IMG/VR virus record: IMGVR_UViG_3300045988_081377
Location: 403 to 64,402 of that record
Source of the DNA: a virus
DNA length: 64,000 bases
Strand: one strand, 5' to 3'
A program made the position numbers and the translations under genes. How positions within the stretch are numbered: the stretch's first letter is position 1; each line of letters starts with the position of its first letter. Shown here one piece after another: positions 50,840 to 62,400 of the stretch. The notes under the pieces are model-generated. The model searched no databases. It saw only the letters and a program-made list of their open reading frames with translations, and was not told the DNA's origin.

Positions 50840-51301
50840 ATGTTTCTTCGTTTATTCACAAGTATCCTGTTGCTTCTTGGTGCGGTCTTTTTCTCTCCCT
50901 CGTACTCCTTTGCTTATGCACCTACTCTTGTTGTACAGACATCGGACTACATGAAGATAAAAGAGAACTTCAATCAATTGAAACAAAACAACGAGAGGTT
51001 GGAAAAGATATCGACAGAGCAAGAGAAGCAACTGAAAGAAGCGAGGATGCAATTAGAAAAAGCGATGAAAGAATTAGAGACGTCCAAAGAGGAGTTGATG
51101 AAAGCAAAGACATCCAACGAGATAGCAGAAGAGTCATTGAAGAGACTGAAAGCATCTTTGAAAAAATCGAGAGGGAGAATGGTTGGAGTAGGGGCGGCTA
51201 ACTATAAAGGAAAAGTTATTCCGGTTGGTTCCCTGCGTTATCATAATGTAGAGGTAATAGCCGGTGATGGCATTATCATAGGATTGTATCACATTGTGTG
51301 A
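50840..51301 (+). CDS. Secreted coiled-coil protein following the endolysin (spanin-like position); overlapped by alternative ORF 50797/50806..51201
   Basis: Signal-like 'MFLRLFTSILLLLGAVFFSPSYSFAYA', then 'LKQNNERLEKISTEQEKQLKEARMQLEKAMKELETSKEELMKAK'. Confidence 0.45.
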   Translation: MFLRLFTSILLLLGAVFFSPSYSFAYAPTLVVQTSDYMKIKENFNQLKQNNERLEKISTEQEKQLKEARMQLEKAMKELETSKEELMKAKTSNEIAEESLKRLKASLKKSRGRMVGVGAANYKGKVIPVGSLRYHNVEVIAGDGIIIGLYHIV

Positions 51302-51309
51302 GGTGAAGC

Positions 51310-52884
51310 ATGGCATATCAAATAGCTAAACATGAGGCTCAATCAGTCGTTGACATGAGCAATAATACCGGCGGTATTAACTTAGCTATGCGTCCTGACG
51401 CGCTCGAAGCTAATCAGTGTGCCGATGCTGTTAATTTTGAGATAAGCTTTTATGGAAGTAAATTTAAAACCAGACCTGCTATCTCCGCATCCTTACATAA
51501 TACGGACTTCCCCATCACTTCGTTCTGGTGGGATGAGATAACAAAATCTTTATACTTCTTCGTGGGAGAACATAATAAGCCCAAGAAGATGTACTACTTC
51601 GACACAAAGAATAACCATGTGAATTTTGTTGGAGACTTGACGGGTAGAGCAGATAGACCGTCCTGTGTTTATTTTCACGGTAATCTGTTTGTTGCCAGTG
51701 GTGATAAGCTTCAAGTGTTGTTGTTGTATGAACCTGAATGGTTAAAACCACAGCACTTGAAACTATTAACCCTCGATGGTAAATATACAAACGCTGGTAA
51801 GACATCTCTTAACTCTCCGTTAGTTACCACACTTGCAGTTAAGGATAGTAGGTTAGTAGCCACTGCCGCCAGAACAGATACTATCTACTTCTCTTCTATT
51901 AACGACTGCTTATCGGCTAAAACTTTGGGGCTCGTGGACGACTCTGATGACAGGTCGGCTGCTAAGTACATAGAGGGTATAGGTGAGAGTGATAATTCAG
52001 CTATCATAGGAATGGTTGTTAATGTGTCTGATATCATTGTCTTTAAGTATTCCGGCAGCTGTTACTCTATATCTGGTAACGCTCCTGACTGGTATGTAAC
52101 TAAGGTGGCAGACAACTCTGACGCCATTAAACAAAGCGCTATTGTTAGTCACGCCAATACTCTTATCTTTATGTCAACATCAGGGTTTAAGGAATTAAAG
52201 ACTAAAGCTTCGCATGGTAACTATTCCTTAGAAGAGTTTGGTATGCAGGTCAACCCAGCAATAGCTGAACATCACAGTGACCCGTGGGGAAGGATGCTCG
52301 ACGATAGGCACCAGCTTATCTTTTCTTCTGATAGGGATAAGATGCTTTGGGTGCACAGTACATCTACCGGCGGGTTTACCAAGTGGGTGGTACCTGATGG
52401 GTTTGTGGTAAACGATATGATAGAAACGCCTGACGGTGTGTATGTCGCCTTGGAGACGGTAAAGAATAAATACGGGCAACTATGTAAACTTGATGACACT
52501 AAGTCCCTTGACTTTGGCACGACGCCAATTCATCAGTTGTATAAATCAAAGCAGTTGTCTTATTATGATTTACTTACATCTCACATCCAAAATATTAGAG
52601 TCAAACCTTTAGACGAAGAGACTGGGGCTATTGATATATATGTGAAAACGGGAACGCAAATAGCATTGGGCAGTAAACCCTATCACTTGATTAGGTGGAA
52701 GTATTCCTATAAAAATCCAATTAAACACGTGCGTTCACAGATACGTGACGAGTCTCTCCAGTATATAATAGAGACAGATTCTCCATTTATATTGGAACAT
52801 TTTTCAGAAAGTGTGATACAAAATGCAAACGGAAAAGGAAATCCATCAGGCGGTCAATGGTCTGATATCGCTAACAGCATTTGA
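51310..52884 (+). CDS. Hypothetical large tail/nozzle protein
   Basis: 524-aa beta-rich ORF in the tail module. Confidence 0.5.
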   Translation: MAYQIAKHEAQSVVDMSNNTGGINLAMRPDALEANQCADAVNFEISFYGSKFKTRPAISASLHNTDFPITSFWWDEITKSLYFFVGEHNKPKKMYYFDTKNNHVNFVGDLTGRADRPSCVYFHGNLFVASGDKLQVLLLYEPEWLKPQHLKLLTLDGKYTNAGKTSLNSPLVTTLAVKDSRLVATAARTDTIYFSSINDCLSAKTLGLVDDSDDRSAAKYIEGIGESDNSAIIGMVVNVSDIIVFKYSGSCYSISGNAPDWYVTKVADNSDAIKQSAIVSHANTLIFMSTSGFKELKTKASHGNYSLEEFGMQVNPAIAEHHSDPWGRMLDDRHQLIFSSDRDKMLWVHSTSTGGFTKWVVPDGFVVNDMIETPDGVYVALETVKNKYGQLCKLDDTKSLDFGTTPIHQLYKSKQLSYYDLLTSHIQNIRVKPLDEETGAIDIYVKTGTQIALGSKPYHLIRWKYSYKNPIKHVRSQIRDESLQYIIETDSPFILEHFSESVIQNANGKGNPSGGQWSDIANSI

Positions 52885-53242
52885 TGATACAATATACGAC
52901 TACACCGGACTCGTTGAGCACGTGAAGACATACATCAAAAAGACTAAATCCGACTTGCTTGAAGACCTAAAAGACTTTGAGTATAGATGTATTTGTTATG
53001 ACGGTAGATTTATTACGTTCAATGTATATAAAGACTATATTGAGATAGGTCCCAGCTGCTGTGACTGGCGGACTGGTGACTGTTTGTTCTGGCACATAGG
53101 GGCTGTGCTTAAAATAAATAAACTTAGAACGAGGACGGAACGTAACCCGATGGCATATGCCAGATTAACCCACTCCAAACTGATAGAAGTTTTGGAAGAT
53201 GGTAGTGGTATTCTTGAAAAGGAGTTGCCGAATGGGCGGTAA
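52823..53242 (+). CDS. Hypothetical protein
   Basis: 139-aa ORF overlapping its neighbours. Confidence 0.45.
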   Translation: MQTEKEIHQAVNGLISLTAFDDTIYDYTGLVEHVKTYIKKTKSDLLEDLKDFEYRCICYDGRFITFNVYKDYIEIGPSCCDWRTGDCLFWHIGAVLKINKLRTRTERNPMAYARLTHSKLIEVLEDGSGILEKELPNGR

Positions 53243-54029
53243 ATCAAAAACGAGAAGCGAACAGCACGTAGAAAGCCGCCAGCTTTCTCCGGAAGAAAAG
53301 CAGCTTATAGCTGCTCAAGTTCGCTATATGGATAAGATACAGCCGGCAGTAAACGCCCTAATAGACAAGGGTACGTCAGCATTAGGTAGTGTGTATACAC
53401 CTAACTGGCAGGAAGAAAATCAAAGGATGCAGGGTGCCCTTGATGAAGCTAACGCCGGTATAAAAGGATTAAATACATACACCAATCAGATGGATGCGCT
53501 TAGTCAGAAGTACGCTCCGCAGCTTGACAGTATTGCCCGTGGTGAATTACCGCAGCAGTATCTGAATAACATGCAGACTACGTATCAGAACCTGTATAAA
53601 CAGACAATGGGTAATTCGTTAGCTGACTTAGCTTCAAGGGGTGTTATCGGTGGCTCTGCATTGAATAACGCAACGAATAATATCCAGAAGAATTTAACCA
53701 ATCAGATGGCACAGGATTATAGCAGGAACTTGCAGACGGCAGCAGGGCTTGCACAGGGTTCTCTCACTACACAGCAGTCTGCGTTGGGTAATACTATGCA
53801 GGCTAAGCAAGGGCTTATTAATGCGCAGGTTGGTAATGCCAATGATAGATATAACCTTGCTTCTACTACGCAGCAGAACAGTTGGTATGCACCTAATCAG
53901 GCTATTGGTTTGGCTACTTCGCAGAATACAGCGGGTAACAATACACTTAATTCTGTTGGCAACGTACATAATAATGCAAGCTTTATTAAGACGACAACCA
54001 ACTCTACAACTAAGCGTGGGCTTTTGTGA
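53232..54029 (+). CDS. Gln/Asn-rich internal virion protein candidate
   Basis: ATG at 53232 after 'AAGGAG'. Q/N-rich helical sequence. Confidence 0.5.
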   Translation: MGGKSKTRSEQHVESRQLSPEEKQLIAAQVRYMDKIQPAVNALIDKGTSALGSVYTPNWQEENQRMQGALDEANAGIKGLNTYTNQMDALSQKYAPQLDSIARGELPQQYLNNMQTTYQNLYKQTMGNSLADLASRGVIGGSALNNATNNIQKNLTNQMAQDYSRNLQTAAGLAQGSLTTQQSALGNTMQAKQGLINAQVGNANDRYNLASTTQQNSWYAPNQAIGLATSQNTAGNNTLNSVGNVHNNASFIKTTTNSTTKRGLL

Positions 54030-54038
54030 GGTGATTGA

Positions 54039-54971
54039 ATGATAACAGCACCAATTGTATACAACAGTGATGTAGAAACTACGGGCGGTCTTCCGGGCTT
54101 GCTCGGTGGTTTACTATTCGGCGGCTTAGGCAGAGGTGGTTCCGGTGGCGGTCTATTGGGTATGTTCCTTGATAGAGCAATGGCTAATAGGGATATGCGG
54201 GGAGCTGCTAAACTTCAAGATGTCGCCAACAAGAACGCCTACGTAAATGATATAGACGATAAGCTTAGGCTCCTTAGGGAGTATGGTCAAACCCCGGAAG
54301 ATAGTCGTACTAATTTAGAAGCACAGCTTAAAGCTAAAGGATTCTTACCTTCTGAGTACAATACACCGGAAGGATTGGCAGAAACTCAAGGACTGCTTCA
54401 AGGACGTGCAGATAAGTGGCGTGGGCAGGCTAATAACGATTATATTAACTCTCACACCATCAACGGACAGGGAGACAGGAAGTATGAGTTTCTTGACACC
54501 AACTGGAAACCGTTTCAGGGTAAGGTAGCAGAGGTTGACAGTAACGCCAATCAGGCGGCATCAGCTGTTAACCCCATAGAAACCGACAGCCACTTAGGAG
54601 ACCAAGCTGCACAGGGGGCAGCAGCAGGACAACAGCAGGCACAGCAGGCAGCTAAATCAATACAGGGACCCGGACTACTTGGTACGGTAGCCAAGGTAGG
54701 GGCAACGTTTGCCACTGGCGGAGCGGCTCCATTCTGGCAGGGTTTAGCTAAAGGTACAACTATGGCTGGTAATTTGTTTAACGGTGGCGGTGGTAGTGCT
54801 AACACAGCATCCGCAGCTTCTATGAATAAGAACGGTAGCGGAGTACCTGCTGACCCAATGGTACGGCAGGATGTTCTGAATGGGAATAACATTCCTAAAC
54901 CGGCTATGCTGACTACAACCGCATACGGGAACTATGGCGGTAATCTTTGGAATAGATACGCATTAAGATAA
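54039..54971 (+). CDS. Gly-rich internal virion / membrane-active protein candidate
   Basis: 'GGLPGLLGGLLFGGLGRGGSGGGLLGMFL' glycine-zipper-like N-terminus, and further G/A/Q-rich tracts. Confidence 0.5.
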   Translation: MITAPIVYNSDVETTGGLPGLLGGLLFGGLGRGGSGGGLLGMFLDRAMANRDMRGAAKLQDVANKNAYVNDIDDKLRLLREYGQTPEDSRTNLEAQLKAKGFLPSEYNTPEGLAETQGLLQGRADKWRGQANNDYINSHTINGQGDRKYEFLDTNWKPFQGKVAEVDSNANQAASAVNPIETDSHLGDQAAQGAAAGQQQAQQAAKSIQGPGLLGTVAKVGATFATGGAAPFWQGLAKGTTMAGNLFNGGGGSANTASAASMNKNGSGVPADPMVRQDVLNGNNIPKPAMLTTTAYGNYGGNLWNRYALR

Positions 54972-54982
54972 AGGGGGAAGGA

Positions 54983-56425
54983 ATGGATTTACGAGACCCG
55001 AACTTTCTTGCCCTTGTTGATAGTATAAAATCACAGGAGTCAGGCGGAGCTTATGATGCTCACAATGATACGTCAGGTGCGCATGGAGCTTATCAGATTA
55101 TCCCTGAGTCATGGAATGAGTGGGCACCCCAGTATGGGGTAGACCCTTCTGACCATTCTCCGCAGGCACAGGACACGGTAGCTTTAAATAAGTTGTGGGA
55201 ATACTACAACAACTACGGTCCTCGTGGTGCAGCGCAGGCATGGTACGGTGGAGAAGGCAGTGTAGGGAAAGACCATTACACAGGTGGTGATGGATACCCT
55301 ACTGTAGGCGAATATGCTGACCAAGTTATTGCCCGTATGGGTGGCAGCCAGCCGTCAATGAAGTATAATATCAGCAGACCAACTGATGCAAGACAGGTAA
55401 TGGCTAATTCAGGCATGGCGTTTGAAGACCCTAATGAGCCATTAAATCAGGATATCATAAACAAGCTGACATCTCCTGCGTACATGAACACAGCACAGGC
55501 TGCACTTGACGCTCATATCAAAGCAGCTCCATCAAGGACTACGGCTATGCTTGCAGGTGCTGCACAGTATAAGATAGCTAAAGACTACATTGATAACATT
55601 GATAAGATGCAGCAAAATGCAGCGGTAGAAAAAGCGCAGATGTTTAACAAGGCTGTTAATTGGGATAAGGCGTCTGACCTTGCTAATGGTATAGCAGCTT
55701 CTTCAAACAGCAGCAACAGGGCAATGTATGCTGCGTTAGGTTCCGCTGTAACAGGTGTTAAGTTTGACCCACGTGACCCTAACCTTGCTTCCGCCGGAGC
55801 AGTAGCACAGGCTAACCTTAGTCGTGACAACGCTTATTGGCAGGCAAGAAACAATCAGGTAATGTCCCTGATGAATAGAGACCTTGCTAATCAAGAAAGG
55901 CAGAGGCAGGAAGCACGACAGATGGAACTTCTGAAACAAGGGTACGGAGTAAGAGGGATAACAACTGGCAGGAATAACGGCAGACAATCAATGGGAGATA
56001 AGATGCAGTATTATGAAATCCCGCCGGAAGAAGTAGAAAAGCTGGTGGATAAGTTTAACTCAATCCATAAACAAGATTGGGAGAATATATACGGCGGAGA
56101 CAAAGAAGCTTCACAAGAGTCCGCTATGAGATTGCGTAAGGATATTATCGAACAGGCTCAACTGTATGCTGATGCTGGTAACATTAGTACCGCTGAATAT
56201 TTCATACAGAACGTATTGCCAACGCTATATCACCATGCGCAGGATTATAATGAAGTAGGTACAGACCCTACTGATATTGCCAACAGAGAACAGCAGGCAG
56301 CAGAAGCCTACTACAATGACGAGAATGGTATCAGGTTCTGGACGGACCCGAATGGTACCGTGTATAGTCCATCTGACTACTTCACTCACTTGAGGCAGAA
56401 TGGTACTAAAGTTTTGAAAAAATAA
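54983..56425 (+). CDS. Virion-associated lytic transglycosylase (SLT domain) protein
   Basis: 'IKSQESGGAYDAHNDTSGAHGAYQIIPESW' (catalytic Glu in 'ES', and 'GA.G.YQI'). Confidence 0.7.
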   Translation: MDLRDPNFLALVDSIKSQESGGAYDAHNDTSGAHGAYQIIPESWNEWAPQYGVDPSDHSPQAQDTVALNKLWEYYNNYGPRGAAQAWYGGEGSVGKDHYTGGDGYPTVGEYADQVIARMGGSQPSMKYNISRPTDARQVMANSGMAFEDPNEPLNQDIINKLTSPAYMNTAQAALDAHIKAAPSRTTAMLAGAAQYKIAKDYIDNIDKMQQNAAVEKAQMFNKAVNWDKASDLANGIAASSNSSNRAMYAALGSAVTGVKFDPRDPNLASAGAVAQANLSRDNAYWQARNNQVMSLMNRDLANQERQRQEARQMELLKQGYGVRGITTGRNNGRQSMGDKMQYYEIPPEEVEKLVDKFNSIHKQDWENIYGGDKEASQESAMRLRKDIIEQAQLYADAGNISTAEYFIQNVLPTLYHHAQDYNEVGTDPTDIANREQQAAEAYYNDENGIRFWTDPNGTVYSPSDYFTHLRQNGTKVLKK

Positions 56426-56434
56426 GGGGGTTCT

Positions 56435-59400
56435 ATGGGTTTCTTAAAGCCGGACAATGGTGCACAATTCGCAGCCTTTTTGAATGGTGCTGACAATTCT
56501 TATAATGAAGCACTTAGGCAGGGATGGGTACCGTCTAAGAGAGACCCCAATCAAGGATACTTAGGTAATGCTTGGGATAGCTTTACCAGTGGGGCAGAGT
56601 CCATGGCTGGGTCTGCCCTTTCTTCTATTGGGGCTATGACAGGCAGCGGATTGCTGTCAACAGGTGGTGCCTACTTACAGCAAAGAGGGGCAGAGTATGC
56701 TGATAGACAGGCTATCCCAGCAGGACTTGATATAGATTATTTCACCAACCCTCACGGTTTGGCAAGTGGTATCGGACAGCTTGCAGGTTCTTCTTCTACT
56801 ACGCTTGTTGGTTTAGGAGCAGGTGCAGTAGCAGGAGCAATGGGAGCGGCACCAGCTGCATTAACGGGTATTGCTATCGGTAGTACCGCACTTGCAGGTG
56901 GTACAGAGTTCCTTTCTAACCTTGGTGAGGTTTATACTAATAAAAAGAGAGACAATGGCGGAGCGGTATATGACGGAAACATAGACGCTAACGCATGGGA
57001 CTCTACTGTCAGTGACCCTGCGAAAGTAGGAGAACTTGCTTTGACGTCAGCAGCTGACGCTGTTGTTGATAGGTTCATGTATAAAGGCGGTTCTGCACTT
57101 AGAGGGTTAATCTCCGGCGGTAAGCAGCTTGCAGGTGCCGTAGCTGTCGATGGCGGCAAGGTTGCTACTGATATTGCCGCCACATCTTACAAAGGACTTA
57201 TAGGGAAGAAACTTCTTGACCGTGGTGTCAATGCTCTTGAAGAAGGTGTTCAGGAAGCTTGGCAGCAGAACATTCAGAATAACATTCAAGATAACAAAGG
57301 ACAGGCGTTCGACTTCTTCGGCAAAGCTATGTCAGGTACTCTTGGTGATGATGAGAAGCAGGCGTTTAATGAAGCAGCTATCCCGTCATTCTTTATGGGT
57401 GTTCCTGCTGGTGCTTATGAAGTTTATACACAGCACGCTTCTCCTTATACGCAGAGCGACATTGTCGCTGGCGCTCAGCCAACTCAAGACGCTCAACCTC
57501 TAAACGTTATTGCTCCTGAACCTGTCGATACACAGATGTTATCTGACAACATGGCAAACATTCCTACTGTGAATGAAGACGTGTATCAGGCTAATCCATA
57601 CGTGGGACTTCCGCAGGTGGATAACACGACAGCTGATATCAACCAGATGCCTGTTACCAGTGAAGAGAACGTTGGTGAATATGTACCGCAGGATACAAGA
57701 GCGTCCGTGGCAGAAGAAGCTCCTGTAACAATACCTATGCAAGAGATAGCTCCGCAGGTTGAACAGACTGTCGAGCAGGCTCCGGAAGTTAATATAGAAC
57801 AGAAAACCAGAAAAGCCCACATGGCAATCAGGGAACTTAACAAAGCTCTTATTGAACTGCAAGGACAGACGGACGATACATCTAACTCCATGAGGGAACA
57901 GATACTTAGTACCGTTGCTGCTCTTGGTGATAAATACCATGTGGATGTTACTCCAATTATAGAAAGGGCTACTTTAAATGTCGGCACTCAAAACAATCAA
58001 ATCGAACGTAACACCCGCCCCGCAGAAGAGAGGAATGAAACAGGGCGGACAGAAAGTAGGGATGAAGGTACAACCAGTACAAGTCCCGAAAGCCAGAATG
58101 TCAACACTCAAAACGAAGAGGTAAAATTACAGAAAAGGCAGGCGGTATTAAATGAATTTAATTCAGTTGTATCTCCTCCTGAAAAAACTGTTAATGAAAT
58201 TGCGCCTCAAAAAATTAATGAAGGACTCCCGTCCGAACGTGCAGTCAAACAGAACGAGGCTAAGCTTTTAGATGAAGGTGTCGCAGGACAGGTAAAAGAG
58301 AACGCTCCTTCCGTAGATAGCGCTACGGTTGCTGATGTTGCTAATGATGATGTGGGATACCACTATGCTAACCGTTACGGTACGGCAAACATCATGACAA
58401 GAGCGGAGACCAACAGGCTCCTTAAGGAAGCAAGAAGCACGGACAGCAAAGTGGCAGACGATGCCATGAACCGTCTGGTTATCAGCATGCTTCGTCCTTC
58501 GTTTAGTTCTGCATTTAAGAACCTTAATGAAAACACATCTATCAAAGATGTTGCTCCTTATGTATATCATGCAGTACGTGCCGGTATACGTAGGTATAAT
58601 CCTGCTTACACTGTAAAGGTTGGCGGTAAGGAGTACAGCGTATCGCTCGACTCTTTAGTGGGGGCTTTTGTCCGTCACGCTCGCCATAGGGTTGAGAACG
58701 ATAGACAGAACACTATCATTAATGAAAAGGGTAAGGTAGAAGAACGGGCACCGTATAAGACTGGTGAAGTATCCGCCAAGGATATCATCAAAGAGAAACA
58801 GAAATACATTAAAGACAATCAGGAAAGTATCAACAGTAACGATGGTATTCCTGATGCTACCAAGAACGCATTGAAGGCTATCTTAGCCGTGGACCCTGAT
58901 GCACTGCCTGACGAACAGCTGGCAAAGATTGTAGCAGCTATTGATGGGCTTGCCGCCTCTTCCGGCATTAAGGAGCTTAGCAGCGACTACGTTAAACAGG
59001 GCGAAGTAAAAGCTGCAAAACCCACAGGTACTGCTGTTCCTAATACCTTGGTTGACGGTGTGTTCAATACAGAGGTTACTCCAAAGTATTTATCTGATGC
59101 CGTCAAGTTGCCGGAAAAAGAACTGGTAGATACCCTCATGACACTTGATAACATGGCGGAAGTATTGCCCGTGTTCGAGTCGCACTATGGTCATATCATT
59201 TCCAAGATGAAACGTATCATGGGACAGGTTTCCCCTAACGTTTCAAAGGAAGTAAACGAAAGATACGCGGCGCAGTTTAAAGAATTGTGGGACTCTCCTA
59301 TCGCAGGTGGAGAAGCGTTCGGCGTGGCAATGAAGAAAGCTGCTAAAGAGTTTAATGACAGTATTAAATCTGTACAAGCAGAGGTTAATAAGGCTAAGAG

Positions 59401-62400
59401 CCACGGTATACTGGGTGCTATTGTAAAGACAGTCGACAACAATATGGTGTCCGGTGTTGCTTCTACTAAAGATTTCATTAAAGAAATTGACAGCAAGTAC
59501 GACCTTAGTACCCTTGATAAGTCTACTGTACGTGTTATCAGCAGGCTCCTGATGGCAAGACAGAGGAATATGTTTAAGGCTAATGCCGACTATTCCAAGA
59601 GAGGGTATAAAGTAAGCAGCCTTGACCAAGTAAGAGAAACTGAACGTGGTACAATGTCAGGAGAACAGCAGGCGGTAAACGTTGTTGGTGATGAGACCAA
59701 GAAGGGTGTTGCCTCACGTGGACGTGCCGCTTTCTATGATGAAGAAAACGCACAGGACTTCCAGTCCTTACGTAACTTAATGAACGTACTCTCTATCGAC
59801 AATAACATTAAGACTATTCTTGATACCCACAAAGAAGCGTTAAGTGGACAGCCCGTAGAAACTTCTCCTATCACTAAGGGGTTGTTCATCCTTGATAGTC
59901 TCCAGCAGATGCGTGAGGCTATGAAGTACGCCAAACAGGATACAGAATTGATTGATGACATTGTCAGAGAAGTGGCTGCGTTCCAGCAGACAAGAGGGTT
60001 TGACCCGTTTGAGGAACGTAAGGAATACGATAGTAAACTTGCATCAGCTGAAACTCGTATACTCAAAAGTCTTAGCGGTAACACCAATCTATTCAGAGGA
60101 GTGAATGACAACGAGCGTTGGCTTTGGGATTCTACCACTAAACCTACACTTTTCAATGAAGTTACGGACGCGGAAAAGAAAGCGTTAGAAAACTTTATCA
60201 CCTCTGATGAACTGTCAAACGACCCTTATTCCAATAGAAAAGGACAGGGGTATAACGTACACACGATAGATAAGACTAACCTGCGTTTGAAAGAACTTGG
60301 GTTTGATAAGGAAGTTGGTTTACTTTCTGATAAACTTTCGTTAGCTTATGATGCCCGTGAAAGTATTCCCGAAAAGGATAAGCTGTGGGGGTACGATGAA
60401 AAAGGACAGCCACGTAGGTTGATGAATAAATATCTGCGTATGGTGAACGCTGCTCTTGATTTGTGCACCGGTCACATTGACCTTGAGAACGATTACTTTG
60501 GTGTACAGAAAGCTAAGTTTAGTAACAGTCATCAGCTTTGCAGGCAGGACTTCATTAACTTTATGGCTGGCTTTAATCGTGAAGTATTGGATATCTTTGC
60601 CGAAGATAAAGCACAGGTAGCGTCCATCGTCCAGCACTATGGTGCGGGACATCCGTCTGTTACCGCCAATGGTAAGCGTGGTCAGAAGAACAAGTCTAAT
60701 GAGATGTTACCTGCTTATAAGGTAACTCCTGTAACAAGCGGTGCACCGTCAGCATTGGATATGCACTTCCAGAACTTCTTCAATAATGCGGAGAAAATCA
60801 GATTAGCTATGGCACTTGTTAAGGGTGACGCAATGCGTGAAGCTATTGTAACACACCCTGAAAGTGTGGTGGATAATATTGTCACCGCACACAAGAACGC
60901 CACTGTTTACATAGGCAACCAGCGTATGGACAGCATGTATGACATCATGGCTTTCCTGAATACCAGACGTCAGATGCCGATGCATATTCAAGTCAGTGGT
61001 GATAACATTACCATAACCGCCGGCAGAAATAAAGAAGAAGCTGCCAAGTACATTGGGAATATTATGCGTATGAGACAGGAAGCTCTAATGCCTCATAGAG
61101 TTTCCAGCAGACTCAACAGCGAAGCTGTACGCAACACCAATAATCACATTAAAGAACTATCAGAGAAATGTGACGAACTTGCCGTTGACAAAACCTTTAA
61201 GAATTATTTGAAGAACAATGGTATGGGATACAGAGCTAATGACAGTGACACTTTAAAGGCGGTTAAGTATAAGGCTTATAGGATAGGTCTTATCATGGAC
61301 AACAAAAAGAACAACAACGCCAGCGACATATACAATTCGTTCACGCATGATGTTCTTGATTGGTTTAATGAAAGGTTTATGGGCAACAATGAGCAATATA
61401 ACTTCACGATGGAACAAGTACGTCCAGCAGCAGATAGCGCAGGACGGGGACATGATGAGCGGAAGATTAAAGTCGAAGCTCCAAGCGGTAACTCCGTATC
61501 TGGACAGAAGTCCGAACAGAACAGGCGTCCCACCGCAGCTAACAGACGAAGGATTAAAGAAGATGTTCAGGGTCTGCTATCGCTTCAAGAGTCCAAGAGA
61601 CGGGCAGGAGTATCAGGAAATGGCGGACAGTATGCTGATGGCAGCGAAAACAACTTCCCCTACGCAGGACTATCCTCACTATTAAACGATACTGATTTCG
61701 TAGTACCTAAAGGTACGGAGCCTGTATCTTATGTATCTGATGTATTGTCTGATGTAGCTATTACGAAGAATGGTGCAGCAACACTTCCGTTCGGAATAGA
61801 AAATGCACTGGCTAAAATTGTACCCTCTAACCTTGAACCCAACATGGGGCAGAGGAAATTCGACACTGCATTAGTGTACACTCGTGCATTGCTTGATGGT
61901 ATGGTTGACAAAGGTGTTGTCGATAAAAAGGGTATGCTTGAACTGCATAAGTGTCTTGATACCCTGATTGATAATGCACCTGCTCATAGTTCTTTTGTTA
62001 AGAACCTGATGGGGCAGATTGTCAACATGAGTTCTGCAATGACAGAAGTAGAAGCTCCTGCTCCTGTGGCAGAAGCTGCCCCTGATGTAACTACACTGCC
62101 GAAAGAAAAGAAACAGGAAGCGGTATTGTTTAACATTGACAATAAGACGCACACATTAGATGAAGCTATGACGGAAGTACAGAACGCCGTTAAGCAGAAT
62201 AAGCTTAATGACTCTGGTATGTCTGATATTATCAAGCGGGCGGAGAAAGACTTCGGTGGTAAACAATGGGTGTTTGGTGTACAGCAGGCTAAGCAGGTTA
62301 GAGATAAACTTTCTAAGCTGATTAAACTTGAGTATACACTTAATCCCACTTCAAGTATACCATTAAAGAATTTCAAAGCGTTGCAGCATATTATAAAAGA

